A DNA stretch of 32,000 nt from Cylindrospermopsis raciborskii Cr2010 (lineage in GTDB: Bacteria; Cyanobacteriota; Cyanobacteriia; Cyanobacteriales; Nostocaceae). Position numbers and translations under genes: made by a program. Under the pieces are notes generated by a model, which ran no database searches, had not been told where the DNA came from, and saw only the letters and a list, made by a program, of their open reading frames with translations. Below are positions 7,643-15,187 of the stretch, one piece after another. The stretch lies in contig NZ_CP065936.1 of the NCBI RefSeq assembly GCF_003367075.2, forward strand, positions 2,970,001 to 3,002,000, written 5' to 3'. Positions within the stretch are counted from its first letter, which is position 1. Every line of letters begins with the position of its first letter.

Positions 7643-8238
7643 CCTACTTGTCTGCTTGATTATTATCCCTTATTTTCCAACAACTCTATTAGGTATAGGG
7701 GTATCAGTAGCGAGTGTAGCCATAGGAGCCAGTGTAATAGAAAAACACTTTACCCTTTCCCGGTCTGATGGTGGAGTGGATGCCAGTTTTTCCATGGAAC
7801 CGGAGGAAATGGCCCAACTTGTGGTAGAGTCGAAAAGAGCTTGGCAAGCTTTAGGTCAAGTTCGTTATGGATCCACCGAAGAGGAGAAAAAATCGTTAAT
7901 ATTTAGGCGTAGCTTATATGTAGCTGAAGATATGAAAGCTGGAGAGATATTAACCAAAGAGAATGTGAGAGCGATTCGTCCAGGCTTAGGATTGCCCCCC
8001 AAGTATTTAGAATCACTCCTCGGATTAGCTGTGAAGAAAGATGTTAAAGCGGGAACTCCTTTATCCTTTGAGTTGTTGAAGTGACCTGTTTTCCTGGGAT
8101 CCCCCTTGGTGCGATATGATGTAAAGAAATGTAAAATAATCGCAATCCTTGGTTTATTTATGCAACAAGTTATGATATTATGCTGGCATGAGGTAATTGT
8201 TCCTCCTGTGTCTAAATGAAATATAAACTAAACTATAA

Positions 8239-8712
8239 GGTGCAGAGCTTTGACGGTCTGGCGTTGCATATTTGCGGGATGAATTAACTAAACGCGGGTA
8301 TTACTTCATACTTTAAATAGTGAAGTAATAATTTAATTGAATACCTAAGCATATCTACAGATTTTGAATAGCATAGCGTTTTTCTATGTAGTCGCGCTAA
8401 GTAGTGACGTAAACGTGTATTTTCACCCTCTACCCTAGTCATATATGTTTTGCTCACAATATGGTCTTCTGGCTGAATAAAACTCGGATAAACCCTCCAC
8501 CCATCAGTAACATAAAAAAAGCATTGCCAGAGTTTAACGATGTCCCACAAAGGTCTCCAACTCATCAAGCTCACCTACCAAGGGTGTTTCCTGGTGGAGC
8601 ATCTGGAAGTATGGAACCAATTTGTTTTGGCCAGTAAATAATGGTTGTATGATGAACGCCTTTATCGCGTTCAATTGCTCTAAATCCCATACCGTTAACA
8701 TAATTTTAATAC
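8239..8712 (-). pseudogene. IS1-family transposase remnant (5'-truncated, internally deleted and frameshifted)
   Basis: The minus-strand translation reads NGMGFRAIERDKGVHHTTIIYW, then VGELDELETFVG, then in another frame LWDIVKLWQCFFYVTDGWRVYPSFI...RVEGENTRLRHYLARLHRKTLCYSKS. These are classic IS1 InsB-type motifs with a missing middle. The left boundary is approximate. Confidence 0.7.
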
Positions 8713-8717
8713 AACAG

Positions 8718-9953
8718 ATGTTTATAAATTATGGCAAAAAATCACGAATTAACGCAAAATATATGGATAACATTAAAAATAGTCTTAACCCTAAGCATTA
8801 CGGCAAGAATACTTTATTAGATAATTTATTAGGTGCTTTATTTTGCATCTACATTTTGTCTGGGTGGATAGGTTATGTAAACTCGGTAAACAGGGTAGTA
8901 ACAATTGCCAATCTTATTTGGATTGTGACGGGATTATTACTTCTCATGATTGAAACTCTTAGTTTTAAGAAGCAGTATAAATTTACATATCAGTTAGTTG
9001 GAATATTGTTATTGGGTTTTTTACTCAATTCATTAGTAAGAAGTAATACATCAGTTTTTCTATTAGCACGACCGCTATCAAATGTGGGCATAGCCCTATT
9101 TTTGCTCCGAAAGAAGTTGGCGAGTTTTGTGTTGCCATTCATTTATTTAGTATTTGCATTTGTATGTAGTTACTTCATATACTTTATTATTTATAGGGGA
9201 ATAGACCCTAACAAAATATTTTTGCTTTCCAGTAGAAATTTAGTTTCTATACTTTTAATTTATTACAGTGCAATTTTGTATATTATTAATGACAAAGTAG
9301 GTTTTGGAAAACCAATTTTACCTGCAGCAGTGACTTTAATTCTTTCGGTCGTCTCATACGGTAGATCTGGTATTATTTCCAGTTTTTTTTTAATTACTGG
9401 AATCTTGTTGTTAAATTCCTCTGAGAAAAGGAAATCTACTGAATTTAATATTTTTATAGTTCTTTGCGGTATTGTTTTCCTAACCTTTATTGTTGCTAAC
9501 CGGGCTGATATTACAAAGATAATTAATAATATTACTCATTATTTTCAGTATCTTGAGCTTAAAGGTTTGGCTGATAAGGACGGTCGGGAGCTTATATGGC
9601 GCAGATATATTCGTAGTATAGATTGGGTAGGATTTATTTTTGGATCAGACGCAAAATACGCTTCCAGTGTTGTTGGCTTTGGAGGCAATTATCATAATTC
9701 CTTTCTTGACCTTCATGCCGATTTTGGGATATCAGGCATTATTTACATGTGTTTGTTACTAAATGCCATGCTCAAGCTATTTAATCTAAATAGACTACTA
9801 TTGTTGATTCTTGTTACAATCGTCATGAGATTATCAACAGATAGTTTTCTTTTTCAAAGTCAATATAGTTTTACCGTGTTCTATATTACATTTTATGCTT
9901 TTAAAGCGAGAGAGTTATGTCCAGATGACGTACAAAAAGGCAGGGTAACCTAA
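8718..9953 (+). CDS. Polytopic membrane protein, Wzy/O-antigen ligase-polymerase-like
   Basis: Has 10 or more hydrophobic segments, visibly AT-rich coding sequence typical of wzy genes, and a large late loop (KGLADKDGRELIWRRY...NYHNSFLD). The tracked ORF start at 8622 lies antisense to the IS1 remnant, so ATG 8718 or 8763 is more plausible. The 3' end abuts an IS fragment. Confidence 0.6.
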   Translation: MFINYGKKSRINAKYMDNIKNSLNPKHYGKNTLLDNLLGALFCIYILSGWIGYVNSVNRVVTIANLIWIVTGLLLLMIETLSFKKQYKFTYQLVGILLLGFLLNSLVRSNTSVFLLARPLSNVGIALFLLRKKLASFVLPFIYLVFAFVCSYFIYFIIYRGIDPNKIFLLSSRNLVSILLIYYSAILYIINDKVGFGKPILPAAVTLILSVVSYGRSGIISSFFLITGILLLNSSEKRKSTEFNIFIVLCGIVFLTFIVANRADITKIINNITHYFQYLELKGLADKDGRELIWRRYIRSIDWVGFIFGSDAKYASSVVGFGGNYHNSFLDLHADFGISGIIYMCLLLNAMLKLFNLNRLLLLILVTIVMRLSTDSFLFQSQYSFTVFYITFYAFKARELCPDDVQKGRVT

Positions 9954-9954
9954 T

Positions 9955-10092
9955 AGACAAGTAGGGTAATATCAATGTTAAATTTAGACAGCATCCTGAA
10001 TAAAAATCGACTGCTATGAGCAGTGATTTGGACTCCATTGTAAGCATTTTAAGGGCTTTGACCCATTTTACACCTTTTTCTTCCATTTTATT
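9955..10092 (+). mobile_element. Fragment of a diverged relative of the 1012-bp IS (5' UTR and start of the transposase gene), lacking its terminal inverted repeat
   Basis: About 75-80% identical by eye to the reverse complement of 7550-7655 (AGACAAGTAGGGT..ATGTT.AA.TTAGAC.GCATCCTGAAT). The reading frame is broken by a stop after 14 codons. Confidence 0.65.
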
Positions 10093-10527
10093 CCTTGTGC
10101 TGACTGTAATCTGCTTGCATGTATGCCGCTTTTTCTTGCCAGAGTAATACTCTTTTTGGCGTTCTCGGTTTTGAGGACGCTGGACTGGACGCTCCGTACC
10201 ATCCACAATCACCTCCTTCACATCTGGAAACCTTTTGGTGAATTCCTGCTCCTGAGTTTGCGTGCTGGCAAAACTTGCTTTTCTCCTAAAGTGGTTTCTA
10301 GCACAGACAGTAGTCGATGTACCCAATCATGAGCACAGGAGCGGTCAAAGTTGAACAACACACTCAGCAAGTCAAACGTCGGATAACATTTGCAGTACAG
10401 CAGGATATAAAATAGTTTTTCCTCTATACTTCTGAGTGTAGGCTTGCGTCCGCCCCCGGGCGCACGTTTGCGGTTTGCTAAGGAGTTGAACACGGTGCGT
10501 TCATAAGTATCAGCAAACTGAGATACA
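10093..10527 (-). mobile_element. Internal fragment (copy D) of the 1012-bp IS, lacking both ends
   Basis: Essentially identical to 7116-7548 of copy A. It carries the A variant at the SNP that distinguishes copy B (cataAgtatc) from copy A (cataGgtatc). Confidence 0.9.
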
Positions 10528-10615
10528 AGCATTTACAACTAGTGTCAATTCTGATGCTGATTGGGATTCAGCAATAGAATGGATGTTGGGTAAAGTTCAC
10601 AAGGATTAGTTACAG

Positions 10616-11077
10616 ATGAACATCCATATAATCAATGTTGGACTCGGTAATGTCGCTAGCATTCAGAACATGCTAAAAAGGGTTGGTTACCCATCTAACT
10701 TACGAGTAACTCCTGATACCAATCAGATACCAGATCTAATTATCCTGCCTGGTGTGGGAGCATACGACACGGGCATGACACTTCTGGGAGAATACAACTG
10801 GACAAACTACCTCAAGGAGGTAGCTGATCAGGGAATTACCAAGATCTTAGGAATTTGCCTCGGTATGCAATTGCTGTGCGACGGTAGCGACGAAGGTAGT
10901 CACCCTGGACTAGGGTTGATTTCAGGACGCTTTCAAAGGTTTAAATCTGATAACTCTTCTCTCAAGGTACCTCACATGGGATGGAATGCCGTTGAGTTTA
11001 CAGAATTTGGCAGTTCTCTATTCTCAATCAGTCACCAAATGCCCCGTTTTTACTTTGTCCACTCGTATTATAAATAG
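10616..11077 (+). pseudogene. HisH-like glutamine amidotransferase (glycan-cluster type), 3'-truncated
   Basis: IINVGLGNVASI, PGVGAYD, and the catalytic-Cys context GICLGMQLL and PHMGWN are class-I GATase/HisH motifs. The ORF stops after FYFVHSYYK. The expected C-terminal ~50 aa with the His/Glu (QFHPEKS-type) region is absent in all frames before the IS at 11171. Confidence 0.7.
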
Positions 11078-11231
11078 GTCCCTTAGATAGCTGTACAACA
11101 GCTTAACCCATCCTTTTTGGACTTAGTTATAGATTTAAACGGCTCAAATCTAGATGAATGTAGATCTTTAGAGCTGTTGGGAAATAAAAGCATATTTCCG
11201 GATGACAGAACTTCCCCCATCCCGATTGAAT

Positions 11232-11843
11232 TTATGCTGCATCTAAATAGAAGTTCCATAGCCCTGCACTAACCAACATCAATTGATCATCAAAATCGGT
11301 CACACGATTCCTATATACAGAATGTACACAGTTATATCTCTTAATTCCAGAGTGAGCGTGCTCACACACAACTCGCTGACGACTGAGTTCTCGATTCTCC
11401 TCCTTTTGCTGCTGTGTTAACTCCTTACCTTTCGGTTTCTTGTGTGGTAAATGGACATTGACAAATTCTTTCTCCAACCCATGAAAACCCAAATCTCCCT
11501 CTATTGCTACTTCATCAGGAATGTATTGCACTATCTCTGATTCATGGAGTAGCCGTTTGTCATGCACTTTACCTGCTCTGGTTTTCGTCAGAATAATCAC
11601 TCGTTTCTCCCTTGTGCTGACTGTAATCTGCTTGCATGTATGCCGCTTTTTCTTGCCAGAGTAATACTCTTTTTGGCGTTCTCGGTTTTGAGGACGCTGG
11701 ACTGGACGCTCCGTACCATCCACAATCACCTCCTTCACATCTGGAAACCTTTTGGTGAATTCCTGCTCCTGAGTTTGCGTGCTGGCAAAACTTGCTTTTC
11801 TCCTAAAGTGGTTTCTAGCACAGACAGTAGTCGATGTACCCAA
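11232..11843 (-). CDS. IS transposase orfB (copy B)
   Basis: 203-aa product identical to 6738..7349. Confidence 0.8.
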   Translation of the reverse strand: MGTSTTVCARNHFRRKASFASTQTQEQEFTKRFPDVKEVIVDGTERPVQRPQNRERQKEYYSGKKKRHTCKQITVSTREKRVIILTKTRAGKVHDKRLLHESEIVQYIPDEVAIEGDLGFHGLEKEFVNVHLPHKKPKGKELTQQQKEENRELSRQRVVCEHAHSGIKRYNCVHSVYRNRVTDFDDQLMLVSAGLWNFYLDAA

Positions 11844-12136
11844 TCATGAGCACAGGAGCGGTCAAAGTTGAACAACACACTCAGCAAGTCAAACGTCGGA
11901 TAACATTTGCAGTACAGCAGGATATAAAATAGTTTTTCCTCTATACTTCTGAGTGTAGGCTTGCGTCCGCCCCCGGGCGCACGTTTGCGGTTTGCTAAGG
12001 AGTTGAACACGGTGCGTTCATAAGTATCAGCAAACTGAGATAACAGCTCGTTGAATGCTTGGCGGTTAAGTCCAGTCATTGCTCGTAGCAGTCGCTCTTG
12101 ATTCAGGATGCGGTCTAAGTTCAACATTAATGTCAC
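11735..12136 (-). CDS. IS transposase orfA (copy B)
   Basis: 133-aa product identical to 7241..7642. Confidence 0.8.
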   Translation of the reverse strand: MTLMLNLDRILNQERLLRAMTGLNRQAFNELLSQFADTYERTVFNSLANRKRAPGGGRKPTLRSIEEKLFYILLYCKCYPTFDLLSVLFNFDRSCAHDWVHRLLSVLETTLGEKQVLPARKLRSRNSPKGFQM

Positions 12137-12189
12137 CCTACTTGTCTGCTTGATTATTATCCCTTATTTTCCAACAACTCTAATGTACT

Positions 12190-12570
12190 ATGCAACACCT
12201 AGTAAATGATAAAGTTAGACTAGTCTCTGCCCAAGGACCCTGTCAGCTGGTGAACGTTTTAGGAATCTTAAAATATGAACTTAGGAACGAAATTAATCAA
12301 CCTCAACATTGGGAGGATCACTTAGTCCTGGGTGGTTTTTTTATTGCAGGTTCGGATGAAAATCTTGCTACTTCTATAGAGACTTGCATTCAGATATCCA
12401 AACATTGGAACTTCAGATCAGTTAAGTATTTAAGTGATGACGACTTATCAATTAGTCCCCCCTCATTTTTTGAAGTAGTCCACAGTGTTAACCGAAAGCT
12501 GAATATAGGGTTAGTTGACAGAATAGACATCTCCGGAAATAGCCAAAGCGTTACCAATACTACTTTTTAA
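12190..12570 (+). CDS. Hypothetical protein, possibly the N-terminal fragment of a glycosyltransferase
   Basis: A 126-aa ORF wedged between two IS elements. RLVSAQGPCQLVNVLGIL followed by an acidic SDDD stretch loosely recalls N-termini of bacterial sialyltransferase-like GT-B enzymes. There is no firm motif. Confidence 0.3.
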   Translation: MQHLVNDKVRLVSAQGPCQLVNVLGILKYELRNEINQPQHWEDHLVLGGFFIAGSDENLATSIETCIQISKHWNFRSVKYLSDDDLSISPPSFFEVVHSVNRKLNIGLVDRIDISGNSQSVTNTTF

Positions 12571-12623
12571 GGTGAGACACCCCAATACAAAAGTAGCTGA
12601 CTGGTATGCTAAAATAAGCGTTA

Positions 12624-13744
12624 GAGATGCCTCTTGTTGGGAATTAACCAAAAGATAACACCTATGTGAGATAATTTATTTTTAGCCAAGTCCAAATCTT
12701 GATAACTAAAATAAGTAGGTTCCCATTCGGAAACGAACAAGTCCACAAATAGTCATGATTACCTGTTCATACTTACTTGAATTTAATCGAAATCTTTCTT
12801 GTGCCACTCTGAATATTTTCACTACACGAATTAAATGTTCAACAAAAATTCGTTCGGAAGCTAACTCTTTATTTTTTTCTTTTTGTTCAGACGTTAATTC
12901 TTGGTTTTTAGGTTTTTTTGTCGGAGTTTTCATTAACTCCTCTCCTTGATAAGCTTTATCACCACTAAATTTTTGTTTTTTATCAAATATATTTCTGGTT
13001 TCACGGAATAAATTTACATCACTTTTTGGACCAGGTTTACCCGCTACTACATCAACAATATCTTTACCATTTGGTAAAACGATTAGTTGACTTTTTCTAG
13101 TATGACAGGCTTTTTTACCTGAATAATATTTTTTTTGTTCTTGGTACTCTCCAGGTCTGTCTATAGGCTGTTCATAGCTATCCACTATTAACTCAAATTC
13201 TGTTAATATTTCTTTAACGACTTCGTAATCACTGGAGTTTTTTTTTACCTGTTCTAGCAAACTTGGTGGCAATAATTCTCCTATTATTGGCAACCAATAG
13301 TTAAAGATATCATTTGCAGTTGTTTCACTTACTCCAAATTGAATACCTAGTAGCTGAAATGTTGTTAACTGCCGTAAATATGTTAATGTTAAGATTATTT
13401 GCTCCGACGGTGATAATTTGGGTTTGCGCCCTCCACCGCCTTGAATAATTCGGGTTTTTTTTGATTCAACCAATTGTTGTTTCTGATGATGCAGTTTTAT
13501 GGCTTTTTCCAAAAGTTGCTGTAACTGCTCATACTTCAGACCCAATAAACGGTGTGATTCGTGAGGATTATTCTGGATATATTCAGATATGTTGCTCATA
13601 ATAAGTTGCCAAAAATACCATTTCATATTATTTTATCACACTTTGATTCTTTTTCGGAGATGTCTATTTATCGATTCTGATCTTAGGAGAAAATATTTGA
13701 GAATTTCTTCTGCTTATGCTCACAAATACCAAAAATTATGGCTC
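12624..13744 (-). mobile_element. Second, related IS5-superfamily (Harbinger-like) IS with an uninterrupted transposase gene. The boundaries are tentative.
   Basis: The left end TTA|GAGATGCCTCTTGTTGGGAATTAACCAAAAG resembles the left end of the 1012-bp IS (TTA|GAGCTGTTGGGAAATAAAAG). The proposed right end (reverse complement GAGCCATAATTTTTGGTATTTGTGAGCATAAGCAG) is only weakly similar. Confidence 0.45.
12706..13626 (-). CDS. IS5/Harbinger-type DDE transposase (HTH_Tnp_4 + DDE_Tnp_4), single intact ORF
   Basis: GGGRKPKLSPSEQIILTLTYLRQLTTFQLL, VDSYEQPIDRP, YYSGKKACHTRK, SGDKAYQG and RIFVEHLIRVVKIF parallel the split transposase of the 1012-bp IS. The likely true start is MSNISEY at 13599. Confidence 0.8.
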   Translation of the reverse strand: MKWYFWQLIMSNISEYIQNNPHESHRLLGLKYEQLQQLLEKAIKLHHQKQQLVESKKTRIIQGGGGRKPKLSPSEQIILTLTYLRQLTTFQLLGIQFGVSETTANDIFNYWLPIIGELLPPSLLEQVKKNSSDYEVVKEILTEFELIVDSYEQPIDRPGEYQEQKKYYSGKKACHTRKSQLIVLPNGKDIVDVVAGKPGPKSDVNLFRETRNIFDKKQKFSGDKAYQGEELMKTPTKKPKNQELTSEQKEKNKELASERIFVEHLIRVVKIFRVAQERFRLNSSKYEQVIMTICGLVRFRMGTYLF

Positions 13745-13797
13745 GACTTGCTTAACCAAGCGGATGTAAAAAGGTTTTCTTCACTGACATTAACGGA

Positions 13798-14019
13798 TTA
13801 TGAAGATAATTGACCCACAACATTTGCATGAAATAGGGCGAAATCAGTATTGGCAAATATCCATAACCATTCTTTCACCCCTTTTACTACCCAAGGTGTT
13901 TCATCTGCATGCAGATTGGGCTGGGTTTGTTTTATCGATTTTTTCAGACCATCAATACTTTCAGCCACTGTACCAATTACCCACGTCAGAGTGATTTTAG
14001 CTTTGCTGTTTACGGACAA
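13798..14019 (-). pseudogene. IS66-family transposase fragment
   Basis: LHADETPWVVKGVKEWLWIFANTDFALFH matches the IS66 DDE-region signature (hADETxW...WLWvF). It is truncated on both sides by neighbouring IS elements. Confidence 0.65.
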
Positions 14020-14156
14020 TTATGGATTTATGGCATGGAATTATGGGCTGATTAAGCTCTGAGCTTACAGCAATTTTCATGTAGTTAAACTACAAAATAA
14101 GATAAGCTATAATAAGGGTAATAAACTAAAATAGAGTAGAAGTACTGTCAAATTAT

Positions 14157-14525
14157 ATGCCAAAACCTTATTCAATAGATTTGCGTAATCGCGTGATTGT
14201 AGCATGGGTTGCTCAAGAGGGATCTCAACGCCAGTTGGCAGAAAGATTCAAGGTCAGCTTATCATTTGTGAGAAATTTAGTACGTCGTTATCGTGAAACT
14301 GGGCAAGTTGAGCCAAAGCAATGTGGAGAATATGAAAAGCCTATAATTGCAGGCCAATATTTAAACATGATCAAGTCTTGGCTGGATGAGAAAAATGATT
14401 TACTACTTTCAGAATTATGCGATCGCCTGAGAGAAACGACGGGCACTAGTGTTAGTATCACAACCATGCATCGAGCCTTAGAAAAGTTGGGTCTACGTCA
14501 TAAAAAAAAGTCTAAATGCCAGTGA
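14157..14525 (+). CDS. IS630 transposase orfA (HTH part)
   Basis: PYSIDLRNRVI...GSQRQLAERFKVSLSFVRNLVRRYRETG is the IS630/Tc1-type HTH region. It ends just after an A8 tract at 14512-14519. Confidence 0.85.
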   Translation: MPKPYSIDLRNRVIVAWVAQEGSQRQLAERFKVSLSFVRNLVRRYRETGQVEPKQCGEYEKPIIAGQYLNMIKSWLDEKNDLLLSELCDRLRETTGTSVSITTMHRALEKLGLRHKKKSKCQ

Positions 14526-14601
14526 ACAGGAGACTCCACGTGTTCAAGAATTAAGACATGATTATCGTCGTTGGGTAGATACAGTTGATATTAGAAATTT
14601 A

Positions 14602-15105
14602 GTGTTTTTAGATGAATCGGGGATAAATTTAGGGATGTCAAGGTTGTTTGCTAGAAGCCAAGATGGACAAAGAGCAATTGGTAGCGTACCAGGAAACAAG
14701 GGCAAAAATATTTCTCTGATTGGGGCTTTAAATATGGATGGAATTCTGGCAGCAATGACTGTAGAGGGAAGCACAAATACAGAAGTATTTCTCACTTATG
14801 TAAATCAGGTTTTAGTACCTCAATTATGGAAAGGGGCTATTGTTGTTATGGATAATTTAAAGGTTCATTATGCCGAGCGCGTGAGATTGTCAATTGAATC
14901 AGTCGGTGCAAAAGTTAAGTTTTTACCCCCCTATTCTCCAGACTTATCTCCGATAGAATTGTGTTGGTCAAAATTAAAGCAATTTCTCCGTAGTCGTGAG
15001 GCACGAACATTAGAAGCCCTAAATGAGTCCATGACAAGTGCAGTAAATTATATTACAGCAGAGGATGCGCTTAATTGGTTCAATCATTGTGGTTTATTTA
15101 CATGA
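14602..15105 (+). CDS. IS630 transposase orfB (DDE part)
   Basis: LVFLDESGINLGMSR, VMDNLKVH and PPYSPDLSPIELCWSKLK are IS630 DDE motifs. The same frame is open back to the A8 tract, reading KKSLNASEQETPRVQELRHDYRRWV. Confidence 0.85.
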   Translation: MFLDESGINLGMSRLFARSQDGQRAIGSVPGNKGKNISLIGALNMDGILAAMTVEGSTNTEVFLTYVNQVLVPQLWKGAIVVMDNLKVHYAERVRLSIESVGAKVKFLPPYSPDLSPIELCWSKLKQFLRSREARTLEALNESMTSAVNYITAEDALNWFNHCGLFT

Positions 15106-15187
15106 AAACCGCTGTAAAATAAACTGCGATCGCTTAATAGGTGACACAAAAAAGTTTTGAGAGGAAAGAACAAGGAAGATTAAGAGA

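Larger units (their letters stand above)
6677..7688 (-). mobile_element. IS5-superfamily (HTH_Tnp_4 + DDE_Tnp_4, Harbinger-like) insertion sequence, full copy A, 1012 bp
   Basis: Terminal inverted repeats are GAGCTGTTGGGAAATAAAAG and the reverse complement GAGTTGTTGGAAAATAAGGG. It is flanked by TTA at 6674-6676 and 7689-7691, a single TTA in the intact pseI copy. Boundaries are ambiguous by +/-1 bp (an ATT duplication is equally possible). Confidence 0.85.
6020..8084 (+). pseudogene. pseI: PseI/NeuB-family nonulosonic acid synthase interrupted by an IS insertion (5' part 6020-6676, 3' part 7689-8084)
   Basis: The two parts are collinear with the intact 349-aa copy at 18109..19158. Removing 1012 bp of IS plus 3 bp of duplicated TTA restores exactly 350 codons. 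Confidence 0.9.
11171..12182 (-). mobile_element. IS5-superfamily (Harbinger-like) IS, full copy B, 1012 bp
   Basis: Same ends and length as copy A, and the orfA and orfB products are identical. It is flanked by TTA on the left and ATG on the right, so there is no direct target duplication. Confidence 0.85.
14068..15114 (+). mobile_element. IS630-family insertion sequence, copy 1, 1047 bp
   Basis: Inverted repeats are CAGCAATTTTCATGTA and the reverse complement CAGCGGTTTTCATGTA. It is flanked by TA at 14066-14067 and 15115-15116, the expected IS630 target duplication. Confidence 0.9.

Noticed and set aside
7614-8084. The 156-aa ORF as an independent gene
   Set aside because: Its C-terminal 131 aa are the 3' part of the interrupted pseI, and its N-terminal ~25 aa are read out of the IS terminus.
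8622-8717. The N-terminal 32 codons of the tracked wzy-like ORF
   Set aside because: This stretch is antisense to the IS1 remnant, whose minus strand encodes NGMGFRAIERDKGVHHTTI. The real start must be downstream, at 8718 or 8763.
9901-10532. ORFs 9901..10326 and 10218..10532 as functional transposase genes
   Set aside because: They are read from an internal IS fragment lacking both termini and are fused to unrelated sequence. They are remnants only.
6677-12182. Composite transposon formed by IS copies A and B carrying the pseI 3' part, wzy and the HisH-like gene
   Set aside because: Copy A has its own matched TTA duplication inside pseI, so it is a simple insertion. The outer flanks (6674-6676 TTA versus 12183-12185 ATG) do not form a duplication.
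13589-14062. Small plus-strand ORFs 13589..13813, 13800..13994 and 13850..14062
   Set aside because: They lie in the IS 5' UTR or antisense to the IS66 fragment and show no coding signal. The minus-strand IS66 reading explains the region.
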